Below, one piece after another: positions 1-14,000 of a stretch of 64,000 bases of DNA. Every line of letters starts with the position of its first letter. Within the stretch, counting starts at the first letter, position 1. The notes under the pieces are model-generated. The model made no database searches and had not been told where the DNA came from. It worked only from the letters and a program-made list of their open reading frames with translations. The stretch lies in NCBI RefSeq assembly GCF_964355755.1, contig NC_092679.1, positions 4,494,201-4,558,200 on the forward strand, given 5' to 3'. This DNA comes from Antedon mediterranea (taxonomy: Eukaryota > Animalia > Echinodermata). Made by a program: the position numbers and the translations under genes.

Positions 1-1854
1 TGCAGTAACTGCAGAAGTGCAGTAGATAATTTTGATATGATTTCTCTAAAAACCCATATCTAGAACTAGCAAATTTTACATTTTCTTTTAATATTCCAAC
101 ATAGAATTTGATAATACAGTATCTTTAATATTTTAAAAACATATACATTATATAGTGCACATAAAAAGATAGTCAGCGAAACTTGATATTATTAATAGGA
201 TTGTTTGCAATACTTTCTATGCAATAAGCAACTAGTTATAAGTACTGTAAATTCTAAATTTGTATATTGTAAGATTCCATCTCACAAAATCTGTACAATT
301 AAATAGCTATAAAGCAAATATTGTATTAGCCTATTCAACTACTGTACATAACAAATTTTATAAAAAAAAAAGGCTTCAAATAATACAAAAGTAAAATCAA
401 GGTGTTGGCTTTTGTTTGTAATTCTTTAGTGAGTAACTCATGTGATGTATTATTTATTTTAGAGTCTGAATTTAATTTTGGTCCATTAATCCAATTGTGT
501 ATACCTCAGTGACAATCATAACAATAATGATTCATTAGGAATGATTTTTTTAAACCACCTATTCTTTGCATATAATAAAAATTCAAAGGAGATATCAGTC
601 AGTCTAATCGGCCAACAAAAATAACAATTTGGGGGCGTATGACACAGATTGTTATTATTTAAAACTAACTTCAAACCTAATAACGAAATCATTAAACTCA
701 TTCTTCAACTTTAATAATTACTACAGACTGAGATATTCACCCGAAATACGGCTGTAGAGAAAATGAGAAAAATACTACTACAGTATGGAAGCAAAAATTG
801 ATTCTGCTTAAATTTATTTGTGGAAATCAAAAACATAAAAAAAAAATCCCTACTTCAAAGCATCCATGACTATATACCGTGCAGAATATAAATAGTTAGC
901 AATTTTTCATTTTCATATCAAGTCACTGAACTGTTGTCGAGAAAAAAGTCATTTAGCACATGCTGAGATATGCAGAATGACAAACTGAAACTATACTGAG
1001 ATTTTTATTATACTATTCAAATTTGTATGTACACATATAGTTTCAGAATGTAACTACAGATGATTTCAATTCCAAAATGTTGAAACGCTTCCAAATTCTC
1101 ATATCTTCAGATATTATCAAATTTAACCTTTATTTTTTCCTTCTCTGGTTTTTGAAGAGAGAAAAACAAACTATACTTTATTGTTTTCATAATTTGAAGC
1201 TCAATAGCTAGGCCCCTAAGGTATTCAGTAGGATATGTAAATCATGCAAGGCATATGAACCAAGTCATCACCCTAGCAATGCACATCATAAATCATATGA
1301 ATTCAAAAACAAATACAATGTAGTTTATAACAGAGCTAATGTGAACTTGTAAAAATGCGCTAAAAACAACACAAGTGAAAAACATTTTTAGTTTGTGTTG
1401 ATAGATAGAGCAGGAAACTATTGATTGTACTGTTAATGTGCAGATTGAAAAGAACAGAAGTGTTATTTATAGATGTTCTAATGGAAAGACCATAATTGTG
1501 AAAAGAAAAAAATTCATTTTGGTTTCAGTGTACTTAATATCAGTAATTTTAGGTGAATTCATTGGTTTACTTATACAGACTGTAAATTGTTTTGTAATTA
1601 CTGAACACAATTCTACATACAAAAAGAACAAAATAACAAACAAACTTGTTAAAAAGTTCTTGAATTATGAAAATGGAGGACTGGTTAACCACTGTAAAGG
1701 GGAAGGAGAATCTTGACTGTTTAAGAAAACAAAAAAGTTCTAGAAAGAGGAAGCTGCCATCTCTTTATACACATTCAACAGAGAGAAACACCATACAGGA
1801 CAGATACATTTGAGGCTAAGGAAGTTGAATAAAAAGAGCTGTGTGCTATCATAC

Positions 1855-1920
1855 ACTAGGTCAGGATTGAACCCTGAACTGTGGGATTAGAAGGCAAGAA
1901 TGTTAACCACCAAGCTACAG
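1855..1920 (-). mobile_element. tRNA-derived SINE head (degenerate)
   Basis: The minus strand reads TAGCTTGGTGG (A box) ... GGTTCAATCC (B box) at tRNA-like spacing; no intact cloverleaf. Confidence 0.6.
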
Positions 1921-2882
1921 TTCCAATAATATTACACTGTACTCCACTATCTCAACAACAGACCGAAAAACGAAACAAAGTAAAGTTTAAATGGAAGGCG
2001 ATACTGAAGAAAACTGTCCAAGAGGGAGAAAGAGTAAAGTTGGTGTTTTGGAAGAAGTTGGGCAGATGAAGAAAAGATCTTAAGACCAAGAAGATTGGCA
2101 GAAATCTATTGTCGCTGATTACCTTTGATTGATTAAGTACCAAATTTTGACGTTCAATTTGGGAAAAAACAGATTTCCTATGTTTTGGACCACATAGTTG
2201 ACAGTAGCATTTTATGTATTTTGTTCATTTCTAACAATAAAAGAACTTGCGCAATGCATAGTTTTCAATGGTACTAGAGTTGACATTATATAAATTTACT
2301 TGTTATAATCAAACGTACCAAATAATACTTCATAATACTATTATGACTTGTGAAAAAGAAAGAATAACACCTCTTCATTCTTGAAAGGGTAAACTGTACA
2401 AACAGGTTTTTTTTTGACAAATGCTTTTATGATTTTCAAGTGAAGCATTTCACATAAAAATCTACTATTGTACAGTTCATTTCATAAGATTGTATAGTTA
2501 AAGAAAATTGTATTCAAAAAGAAAATAGTAAATTACATTACATTGTCATTACAAGAGTGACAACAACAGGTTAAACATAGAATGTTCAGACTTGTGCCGT
2601 AAAGATCAAACATTAGCTGTAGAATAATCTGTGGCGTTGAAAGTCAAGGTGAATGATTAACTTTCCTAATGCCCAATTCCGTCATTGTGGTCATTGCTGT
2701 TTAGTGCTGGTGCATCAAAAATATCTACTGATGTACCATGAAAGCATTTGTCAATCTGACCTCTCATATTTGCATTATGAACTCTAACCATTTGGAGGCA
2801 GCTATCTGGCACGAAGAAAGCAAAGGAGAGTTGTTGTGTATGTGCGCTTTAAGATGGTGTGTACAGTAAAAAACGCATTCTA

Positions 2883-3025
2883 AACCAGAAACTTAGAAAC
2901 GCAAACTTCTGCCTAGGCATATGAAAATTAAACCACATGCTACAATATGCTACGAAACCATCCTTTAAAATCTTATGAAATTCGGGCAATAACTTTTTGA
3001 GTAATCCTGCTAACAAATATAGAAC
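2883..3025 (+). mobile_element. fragment resembling a Helentron-associated/DINE-like non-autonomous element
   Basis: Contains aaatcttatgaaattcgggcaataactttttgagtaatcctgctaacaaa, which I recall as typical of the core of such invertebrate repeats; recognised by resemblance only. Confidence 0.35.
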
Positions 3026-6000
3026 ACTGTTCTATCTATCTAGATGCGACGCTATACTGTAATGCATGAGTTTTAACATTAATTACAAACTTAGAAATTG
3101 GTAGTTAACTAACCATAGCAAGTTGTGCTATCTGGTCTATGTAGCTGGATCCGATTGGAAGTCTAAATTGATTGCACTTTTTACTTTATCATCAATCCTA
3201 TTAAACCTCTGTATAAATTTCTTGCAGTTTGATTTTATGTTTCAAATCTCTCTCATTGGTTTTTTTCCTATTCTGATGCCTTATGGCTGTACTTGGCCTA
3301 TAGAGGGCCTAATCCAAATGTCATTACATTTTACATTGAAGATTCTTATGCCTCCATCAACACATGGAAAAACAAATATAGTTTCTGTTGTTTAGCTCAT
3401 AAAAAAAGCTAGTAATGCATCAAACATGACCTATAGGATAAAGTACATGCTTATATATTAGTTTTAAAAACATCTTGTTAAAGGTTATAGTTGTCCCGCA
3501 AGTCTAATCAAGATATCCGCAGACAGAGCTTTAAAAAATGTCTTCTTCAATCAAGATGTTATTTTGATTACATAATACTAAACAGATTATGCCATTAGAC
3601 AGGATTTCTACTTATACCCATAAGCTAAATGATTTTCAGCCCACACACTCGATTATAGTAAAGTACATTTTAATTTTCATATTTAATAATACTTATTATT
3701 TAAAAAGTTATTTTTAGTTAAACCAGCCAAAACTTGATGACAAGAATAATAGAGTATTAATGTACAGACTGGGTCACAAGTAGAAATTGACAAGTTTCAA
3801 TGAGATGAATAGTAGAACATGTCAAAAACACTAGAATAAAAAGTATGATGATAAAATGGAAAGCGACTTGGCATGGTCAATCGTGCATGTACTGTTACTT
3901 TTGTTATTTCTTATCAGCGACAAAAAAAAAAGAAATGAAACGCACAGTTGATCATGCCGATAGCTTCATCCGATAAAATGATGAAATAATTTAATAATGA
4001 CACTGTTTCATCATGTCTCTATTAGAATTTATAAAACCATAATGGATAACATTTTCTGGCAAATTAAAAGTTTCGAAAACTAGAAATTCTATCAGGTTTT
4101 TAATAGCAACTTGTAGAGTAAATCACAAACTTGAAACACAACAGGTCTGCACCAATGGATTTGTGGTTATAGCCTTGGTTACTATTGACAACGAGGCTGT
4201 TAGTAATCTTTATAGGGTGCTCCTGTCAAGTAGGTTTGTTTTTGTTTGAAATACACCAACCACAAGTGATGTCAGAAACTACAAGTTAAATTAGCAAGTC
4301 AAAGGTCGCAAGTCTCTCAGGAATTTATGATGGGATGAAAGGTTGCTTTGAAATAAATTTTCATTATTTCTTGGTTTTTGGTTCACTTGTTTGGGAGGTA
4401 AATTGTCATTAGCGGCTACAGTTTATACACAATGCATGTATCATTTGGTTATGGTCCCTGTGTATGAGCTCATCCTCAAATGTGTCGATGCTAAAGGGGA
4501 AGAGGAAGAGGAAGTTTAAGTTTACGATGATAGCGTTTTATTTTGGTCACAATAAAATCAACTTCTGGTATTTTGTGCTGCTAATTAAACGTACTTGCTG
4601 AAATAAATAACATCTCTCTATGCAAAAGACGACGGTGGGTAAAGCTGGTCTAACCCTACTCAATAAAGACGTTTATGAGTAAAAAAATGATCAAAAGTGT
4701 ATCTAGTGGCACATCTTGAAAATTACCAAACGTTGATTTTATTGCAACCGATTTTCTTCTTCATAATTTTCCATACATCATGCATTTATGTACATTCATT
4801 TCTATTACATCCCATAATGCATACAGCTTTGTATTATCTTATTTTATGGACTTTCTTTTAAATGCAAGTCAATTTAATAAGAAACAGACAACATTCGTCT
4901 GTGGTATGTCTACCTATAAACATATTATCCCTACTGGGAGTTTTCATAACTATAATAAAACTGGCCATACAGTTGCCAGTTTTTAGTGCTTAATAAAATC
5001 CAATAAATTTACAACTGTTTTTAAATTAAGTTAAAATCAATTTATTGTTTAATTGAAAGGGTGACACAGGCTATAAAACAGGTGCTGCTAAGCCTGATGG
5101 GACATTTTGATACAGCCTAAACTTGTGGGTAAACCCCTACAGGTTAAAAAAAAACAAGCTAATAAAATATGCTAAATTAATTTAAATACTGTAGTTTACT
5201 ATTTACCTAGTTAATGGGATCAAGATGGGAAATAAAATCCCCCAAAATAATACTACAGTTCTAAGAATATCTGGTATCAATTTTAAATCCTGTATCACAG
5301 TTCACAGGTGTTTCAAGCCAGAGGGAGTGAGTTTGATTGCCGCAACTACTGTAATGATAGATACAAGAATTGATCATGACCAAACAGAAGCATAATATAC
5401 AGTAATTACAACTAAAGCCATAATAATGAATAGGATCATTTGTATGTGTAATACTGTATATTTGCAAATAAGTAAACTTATTTCTCCATGATCTGATCAA
5501 CCGTTATTTCAACATCCATTGGTTTTTCCCGAATACTTGTTGTTGTTTATTATACGGTATAATATCAGCAAAAATACCCACTTTCCCCAAAGTTTCCGTA
5601 GCTTTTTAAACAAAATTATTGGGCCTTTCTTAAAAAAAAGTTCTTTAAAAATACCGTAAATATTATTGTTTACATCCGAGAGATTTAATGTACACGTATT
5701 ACCAGTTCGTGGTCCATTATGTAATTGTATAATATGTACATTTGAATATGACATAAAGAATAAATGAATGAAAAGAAGCCACCCACTCGTCCTAAAGTTT
5801 CTGTAGCTTAAGCAAGCAAAAAAAGCGTTGAGCGTATTTTTAAACCGTGCTTTTTAAATGTCACGTAATAGGATTTTGTCACAATATGATGTCAATGTAC
5901 CCAGAGAGTAATAGTAGGATTAGTGAGGCTATTCTTTAGCGTTCTTAGAAACCCATTCATTCGGAACAGACCCATCCGGCTAGCTTTTCATGAATATACA

Positions 6001-6323
6001 ACCCACTTTACAAATATAAGACTTAGTCATCTTACAAAACAGTGTGTGGATTAGACCGTTTCAAACTAAACAATCTTTCTGGATGTATAATACATAACAA
6101 CTTTTGGGAAAAAAGTTGGAAAATACGGACTAAAACTTCACCTTTATATATATATATATTTTATGTTTATTGTATACTTTTTTTTTACTATAATAAAAAA
6201 TTATACGAGCATTCAGCCTGAATAAATATGAATGAAGAAGAACTATGGTAAAGGAAATAAACAAGTAAGGGTACGGGAATGGTGTCCGGCGGGGGATAGT
6301 TTATTACCATTAGTTAAGGTCCT

Positions 6324-6397
6324 ATGTAAAGCACCTAGAGGGGTCAGTGATCCATTAGGCGCTATATAAATACTGTTTATTATTATTATTTATTATT
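6324..6397 (+). mobile_element. L2/SINE-type retroposon 3' tail
   Basis: tgtaaagcacctagag...ggcgctatataaatactg followed by (tta)n, the classic L2-related 3' terminus. Confidence 0.6.
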
Positions 6398-7179
6398 GGG
6401 GATAGCCAGGGACTGTGGGCCAATTCAGGGAAGGAAAACTTACAAAATAAACAAAAGATAATAGAATTATTTCCAATACGAGATCAATAAAAATCACTGG
6501 TACAAATAGCCTGTAATATTTTTATAATGCAGTTCAAAATAAAAAATCGGCAAATGTTGTTTTGAATTTTAAGCAACTGTTCATTCTGAATTATGCATTT
6601 ACTAGGAAATCGCTTGTGGCCAAAAACGTGAAGTAGTATTAAAACAATTAATGAATTTACTTGTTATTTTTGACAGGAAGGTGTGTAATATTAAACCCTA
6701 GAAACATGTTTCTACTGATTATCAGGTTAGTCATCAAAAATCTGAAATTTCTATCGTTTTGTTATTTTAAAAACCGAAATATGTATTATAAAAGCTTTAA
6801 TATTAATAGCATTAATATATTTATATATTAATAATAACAAGCTTTTAGGGATTTCCCTGCAGAATTACACCCTAGGACATCTCTTTTCACCTCCCACTGA
6901 GACCCATAGGCAGGTTCTTGTGCTAAAAAAAAAAATTATTATTTTACAACTCCCTGCCAAAACCACTTTAAAAATCCTGCCTACAGGTCTGTTCCATGCA
7001 TGATGATAACACCATATGGAGAGATCTTGAGGAGACTTCACTGCACTTGTGACCATGAAGCTTCCAACAGTGTTTGGTGACAACATTACACAGAGCAGGT
7101 AGTAATCAATGCGCTTGCTGTAAATAGTCATTTTTTTTATGATTATGTCTTTTTATAAGTGAAATAATATTTTGTTTAC

Positions 7180-7274
7180 AAAAGTGAACAACTTTATTAA
7201 AACTACAAAATGGACTATTGAAAGTCTGATTTTATTAATCTTCATTTTTCATGTTTTTGGGGGACAATACATCT
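7180..7274. mobile_element. terminal fragment of a TTAA-flanked DNA transposon (Kolobok-like, family C)
   Basis: Ends in gggacaatacatct|ttaa, the same terminus as the copies ending at 10976 and 16733; left boundary approximate. Confidence 0.5.
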
Positions 7275-8310
7275 TTAAGTTTAAGTAAATCAATGTAACA
7301 TTTCCTGTTACCAACTTTTAATGTTCATTCTTTGACTTCTTGATCCTGAATATAGTTGTAAGTTCCAGAAAATGTTATTTTTAATTCAACATTTTACTTT
7401 CAAATAGAGCAACGTATTGACCAACAGCATTGAATTCAGTTTTTATTAATGTATTTCTGTTTTGAGTTTTTACCATTTCATTTCTTCTCTGACATCTATG
7501 GGCCACCATATAAACTGAATTTAAAGTGTTTGATTTAAGGTTTTTTTTTTACCAAACATAGTTTAGTAATGTGTATTACATTAAGGCCTGGTTAGACTAC
7601 CCTAGATCCAGGGCAGTACGTAGACCACATCAAACAAGACAGCAAACCACAAACTTAAAGTGGATTAATTTGTGCAAACAGGCCTTATAGCCATCAATAA
7701 AGATTGTTAGAGGACTGCGGTTACATGCCAAGAAAACATCCTTTAACAGAGAAATAAAAAGTACAGAAAATAGTTGACCAAAACCTTTGTATTATTGTGT
7801 AATTGTGTACAGCTAGGATGGCAGAATCAATCAATCAATTGGCTGAAGGACGAGCCTAAAATAAACAAACCAGTTTGGAATATCCTGCAGCATAGATTAA
7901 TAGTAAATGTAGTGATTGTAAATGTTATGTTCATCTGGTTTAAAATTAACAAATTGAATATAATTCTTTATAGCAAACCAATCTATTTTCATAATTTGTA
8001 CCATTGGTTTGATATAAAGAATTTTATACACAGTATTTACAGTGGTTTTGATTGTATACAAAGCAAAAAAATAACGCTTAAAATTGTTTTTTTTATTTAT
8101 ATGTTATTTTTCTGTGCCTACTAGAAATATGCATGCAATAAATAGCTCTAATAAAACAAAACGGAATGATCAAACAATATAAATCAGTAGAGCTTACAAA
8201 AACCCATGAAATGTCCAGGTTCACAATCTCAAGCACCACTAGTCTATAAGTAAACGCACAAGATATTATGTGTGCCAAAATGTTGTTACCAAATCGCTGT
8301 GTACTATAAC

Positions 8311-8346
8311 CATAGAGATATTATAGTGAACTATAATATCTCTATG
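8311..8346. mobile_element. 36-bp P-element-like hairpin (excision footprint or micro-MITE)
   Basis: Perfect 17-bp inverted repeat catagagatattatagt / actataatatctctatg with a 2-nt spacer, flanked by the 7-bp direct repeat ctataac (8304-8310, 8347-8353). Confidence 0.7.
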
Positions 8347-9127
8347 CTATAACCTAGTCATGGTCCATATTGAAAGGTCAAAAAGGGGAAATAAAAGGCT
8401 TTTATGACATTTTCCTAGAGGATAGATTTCATACCTCTTTCCTAATTTCAAACACCATGTATCCACTAATGTGTTCAAGCCTGACTAGATTTTCAACTTT
8501 GATATATATTATCTATTTAAATTGAAACATGACAGATCCCTTTATGATAAAATCATAATGTGGTCATAAATAAACCATACATGGGATATACATAGAAAGA
8601 AGCACAACGGTTTTATTGTAGTATATTTATTTACTGTAACCAATAGATCTATATACTTCCTACTATTGGGGTTAGTGGCATAATCGTTTGTTTCCTAAAA
8701 CAAAGGATCATTTATATAAGCTATCGCTGAGTCAGTATTTTGGCAGCGAAAACAAAAAGGCTTTAAAAATTCAAAGAAAAAAAAAACAGTGGGGAGTAAG
8801 CTGGTGACTGTACTGGTATCAATTATGTAATTAATGTAGTTTAGTAGAGAATGTTGGTGGAGTACCTGCTGCTTACTTAGGCTCAAATCAAACCTCTAGC
8901 CATCAGCGCCAGTTTGGTAGTCTAGAGGCATGGACAACAGGCTAGTGATATGGAATCAGTTGTGGATTCAGGAGTCTGCGAGAATTCTTTGCAAAGTGGT
9001 TTGTCTGGAGAACATAAATTATTAAATAGATAGGAAAAGAGATAATAATGCAAACGATCCTTCATTTAATAATAAATAATTTAATAATCCCAGATCTGGA
9101 ATTATCTATGGATGGTAATACACTATA

Positions 9128-9313
9128 CAGGCATCTCTCCCAATACTTCCTCTCACAGGAGCATCCTCTAATACTGGGGCTGGCCTAATAATATCTCTGA
9201 TATTCCAGAAATTCAAATGCATTTTTTAATTGGTAACAGGTAATGAAAGACCTTTGGGGAAAAAAGGGACAGTTTCCGGTTTTCAGAGAGTCCGGTATTA
9301 GGAGAGTAGACGG
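9128..9313. mobile_element. Tc1/mariner-type MITE (family M2)
   Basis: TA on both flanks; imperfect TIRs caggcatctctcccaatac / gtattaggagagtagacgg; a partial related copy starts at 48762. Confidence 0.6.
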
Positions 9314-10052
9314 TACGAAGTAATAACAGAATGCCCTGAACTCAGTCAAGGATAAATCACAGAAAGGAAGCTACTGAATTTTAATCGGCACTCTGTATGT
9401 TTCCTCAATTGTGTCTTATCTGTACCAGAGGTCCGTTTCTACCCAAGCTAAAAATAATCAATCACAAATAAATTTTAAATAATAGAGACAGTAAAACAGG
9501 ACAATGTTGATTCAAATTGGCTTCTAACATGAAAGCTAGTGTGGGAAAAAAATGTTGAGTTAAAAAAATTGGGTCAAAATCTGACATTAAAACTAGATTC
9601 TCAAAAACTTTTTTTTATAAAAAAAACTGTTGCTGGAAAAAAGTATCATCATACCATCCTTTTTACTACATAAATTAAATGTATATGAAAGATACAGATT
9701 GAAGAAGAAAACAAAACCTTTTTTCTACATAAATTTCAATCATTACTTGCCTTTTTTGGACTCTATTTTTAATATTATCATATCAAACATTATTAGTTGA
9801 GCCTACTTTTCAATTTTAAGATTCAGAAAAAACTGTCTATTTGTACACTCACAACTAAAAAGCTTAGCTGTTTATTTTTTGATAACTGCAACATGAACTG
9901 ATAATTACTTAATTAGTTTATTGACCTTTTGTCTGAGAAGGTAAATAATAGCTAGTTAATTAATTAATTCAAACTTCCGTCCAAAAAGTTTCTACAGCAC
10001 ACTGCATGACCGGTTTATATCAAATTAACTTGGAAATTTGTCATATTCTTAT

Positions 10053-11027
10053 TACATAATTCATAAATACAAAATGAATTGCTAATTAATATTCTTTTGT
10101 TGATAAAGAATAACATTTATGAGACCATTTACGCTGAAATCAGCAATAACAGGCTGAAAAAATGCTGGATTATGAGAAACTAAAATTAGTTTACTGCTAC
10201 ATACAGTATGAACTGTCGCCATTAAGCTTAAGTAATAAAGTTTTGTTCTTTTACAAACTATCTCTGTTGAATACATAATTCATAAATTCAAAATGAATTG
10301 CTAATTAATATTCTTTTGTTGATAAGAATAACATTTATGAGACCATTTACGCTGAAATCGGTGAAAAAAAATGCTTGAATTAAATATGAGAAACTAGAAT
10401 TAATTTATTGCTACATACAGTATCAACTTTATGTATTGTCCCTTTGACTAATTCCCAAAAAAATTGTTTAAAAAAAGATTTTGATAAAAGTGGGTCATTT
10501 TGAAGTATCATAATAGTTATTAACTTTCACCAAAAATTAGTCTAAAAAAAAATCATCTAACTGAAATACAGACGTTTTTTTTGTTCACAAAATAACTTTA
10601 ACTTCCAGTCAAAGTTTTCGATTAAAACATATCTCATAATGCAACGCGCTTGTTTGGCTACTCTGTATGCATAATCATAAACTTCCTCACGATCTGTGTG
10701 AGAACACCTTCTCAATCATGACGAGTTGTAAACAATCCTTATTAGCATCATGCATAATGCATACTTTACTCGTGGTTTGAAATCTTTGTTTACTTTCGCT
10801 CATGATGATTTTCCAGACGAAATGTAATCAAATTAATTTACCTGTAATTACGTAAACTTGTTTTTGGCTCGAATTTTCAACTTAAAGTGAATAACTTTAA
10901 TATTACTTTGATATGGCCAATTTAAATTTAGAATATTTTGACCTTCATTTTTTGTGTTTCAAGGGACAATACATCTTTAGTAATATTAATAAACTTTTGT
11001 TCTTTCACAAAATATCTATGTTGAATT
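10053..11027. repeat. 219-bp local tandem duplication, second copy interrupted by a transposon
   Basis: tacataattcataaat... starts at 10053 and again at 10272. The second copy breaks at about 10430 and resumes at about 10985 (taataaacttttgttctttcacaaaatatc). Confidence 0.8.
10431..10976. mobile_element. non-autonomous DNA transposon, Kolobok-like (family C)
   Basis: TIRs atgtattgtccc ... gggacaatacatct; about 410 bp shared at high identity with 16327-16733, which ends in ct|ttaa. AG..CT termini with a TTAA target are Kolobok-like. Confidence 0.65.
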
Positions 11028-14000
11028 GAGAAAAACAGTCTTCTTAACTTTTTTAAAAGATCAACCTAAAGAACATAGTAACAACAACAGTAATTTTCAG
11101 CTACCACTTGTTATTGTCTGTCAGGCTAAAATCATTCACTGCAAATAATCTTTACTATCCTGTGGTCTTGTGATGACAGATAAAAGTACTTCAAAATACT
11201 ACTGCATGTACAGCAACTCTGCCCTAGGCTGTGAACTTATTACTACATGTAGGCTTTAAAAGAGAAGACTATTACATAACCTCTGAAATTTGAGTGTTTA
11301 AAATATGTTTTTAGCTGTATTACTATTATGAAGAAAAGTATTATGTATTGAATAAAGTCAATTCTGATAGATTAAAAATGTTCATCTGGTTTTGGATATT
11401 CATGATAGAGCTTCTTCCATAATTTTTTTTCTGAAATCTGGAAAATCTTCTTGAACTACCAGGTCCAAAGGCATTAAAGTTATAAATTCTTTTTTAATGT
11501 ACTTCTTAAAATATTTGGCCAGCCAAAGGGTAATTAATTTATACTTTATGCATTCTCAGAATGGTTAAATGAACTTCCACAAGAAGTTCACCGATTACAT
11601 ATTTAACTGAAATGTTGGAAAGTTCATGTTGGTTTGGTAACTAGTGTGAGTAGAGTTAGCTTAATATTTGTGTGTTTCGGTAGAACCAGGCATTGAAACT
11701 TGTTTAATGACCTAGATGTAACACTGCCTAGTGATTAAACACTTCCAACCACATATTATCTCATTTTAACAAACATCTAAAGTCATCACTATCATTTATC
11801 AATCCTTACTAAATTACCCATTAATAGATAACGAGAGATGATCTAGAGTCAAGAGATATACAAATGGAACATTAAACCATCTTCTATATATTAACAACAC
11901 CTAAATTAAACACTAGAAAAACAATGTAAACATAAGTAATACAGTTCGCTGGCGTAACTTTATAGCGGTATTTATTTTGTATTGTTCGCTCTGTATCTCT
12001 TGATAAGAAAGTTGTTGATATGTCGTATCTGTGTTTGTTATTTTGGATGAATAATTTCGATTTAGATTATATTCGAGATGTGGACTTTCAACAAGAGGAA
12101 ATATAACCTAATAATGACACATTTATGAATATACTATTAACAAAATAAAATGTTTTGAAAACAAAAACAAAAAATGACACAAATATTCTTAATTTGTATT
12201 TTTAACTTAACAAACAATGGGGTCTAGTGCTTGGCTAGGAGCACTAACAGAATTTGGTCTGAGGTCCAGTTAGTCTAAAATTTGAGGGAAAAAAAGTAAA
12301 CATTTTATTTTAAATAGCCAAAGCTGCTAATTCAAAAGTTGGGTATCAATTTGTACAGAATTTATTTACTTTTGGAGATGAAGATTTAAAATTGTGATAA
12401 AAGATGGTGCTAAATCAGCCCAAATTTTGCCAAAAAATCATAATTATACCTGAGTTGGTCACTACACATGGTGCCCATGGCAAGAGCTAATTATCATTAA
12501 AACATTTTACTGCATCTCGTAATTCTTTATAAATGAGATTTTTTGGACAACTGACCATGAAACAACAGAGATGGACAGATTGTATAAATAGTGACAGATA
12601 AAATGATTTGCCTGTTGCAGTGTGAAGATAAGTTGGCCAGTGATTTAGTTGAGGCATGATTTACATAACTAGCCTAGATTTAACCAATTACCCTTGAAGG
12701 CCAGTCAAATGATAATAAACAAAACACAAATGAGGTAGATTATAAAGTTTTTCTGCAATATTAACAACTTTTTCGATTCAATTCTAAAATGTAAAGATAT
12801 CCTGCAAACTATAATGACTGTATATAGAATTAAGTGCACGTAACGTAAAGGAAAAAATATTGATTTAAAGAATTTTAGTGAAGCATGTTGGGGTAGAAGT
12901 TTAAAAAAACTTTGTAAATTGTAATTGAAAATGTTTGCAAAACAAAACAATTGGCGTAATCGATTAGGAAAAAAAGCTTGATTATAAACATTTACCATAC
13001 AAATAAAAAATTACAGATTTTATACACAAGCTGAAAACACTAATGGGGCGCAAGTTAGGCCAATCTACCGACACTTTCCCTGCTATTACTCTCTCCACAG
13101 ACGAGACAGACTTGGTTAAATACTAGTTACTTTTACTTTTGAGAAGACACCTTCGTTATCAAGTGTGTGTGACAGTTGCAAAGCCAAATAGACTAAACTT
13201 TAACAAATAAAATGTAATACAATTTTTTAAAGGACAAAGTTAAAATTGAATGAACCCATTAGAAGTATAATTGTGTACATATTTGGTAGTAGTATATCTG
13301 TGGATCAGTTGTTTACCTGTAATATTGACAGCAATCTAGCGTATCAGTGTTATAGCCAACCCCAGAAAGAACAAAAGTATGAAGTACACAAATATGGGTT
13401 GACAAACTTTAATCTATTCAAACTACTTCAATCTATTGTTGACTGGTCTGTGACGAAGGACTTTAAAGATCTTTTTATATAATATGGCTTTATATGGATG
13501 TGTACAAACAGATCTAGGGCTTAGTGTCATATTCAGCAAGCTATCTACACATTTTTATGTGAGCACATTTTATAAATACACTAAATTTGTAATTGTGAAT
13601 TTTTGCATATATATAACTTTTTGTTATCTATAATAATGCAACTATTTGTAAACATTTTGTATGGGTCAAAATCTCGCATTGAATAGAATTGCTCAATTTG
13701 AACGATACATAAAATCGGGGCTGAGACTGCTCAAATTTGGGCTGCGATTGCAGACACACTTTTAACAGACAATGTGCAAATCATAAGACTCCAAATAGTT
13801 ATAGCAACATTTTTATACTATGAATTTCATAGAAACTTTACAGAAATAAAACCAAAAACATGGAGTTTTTAAGCAGTTAAATTAAAGTAACAAATACCAA
13901 TACAACGCACTGTAACCTTAAATGTTATCTTGTCTCCGAGTGATTCAACTCAGTCTCAGCTTCCTTTAAAAACTAGAGTTCTTAGGACTATTAACTCTAG

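Noticed and set aside
6865-7131. 88-aa minus-strand ORF / exon candidate
   Set aside because: No recognisable homology, a weak acceptor and no clear donor.
12731-12752. let-7-like seed tgaggtag (also at 17184)
   Set aside because: The match stops after 8 nt and there is no precursor hairpin; the 17184 copy is inside a LINE fragment.
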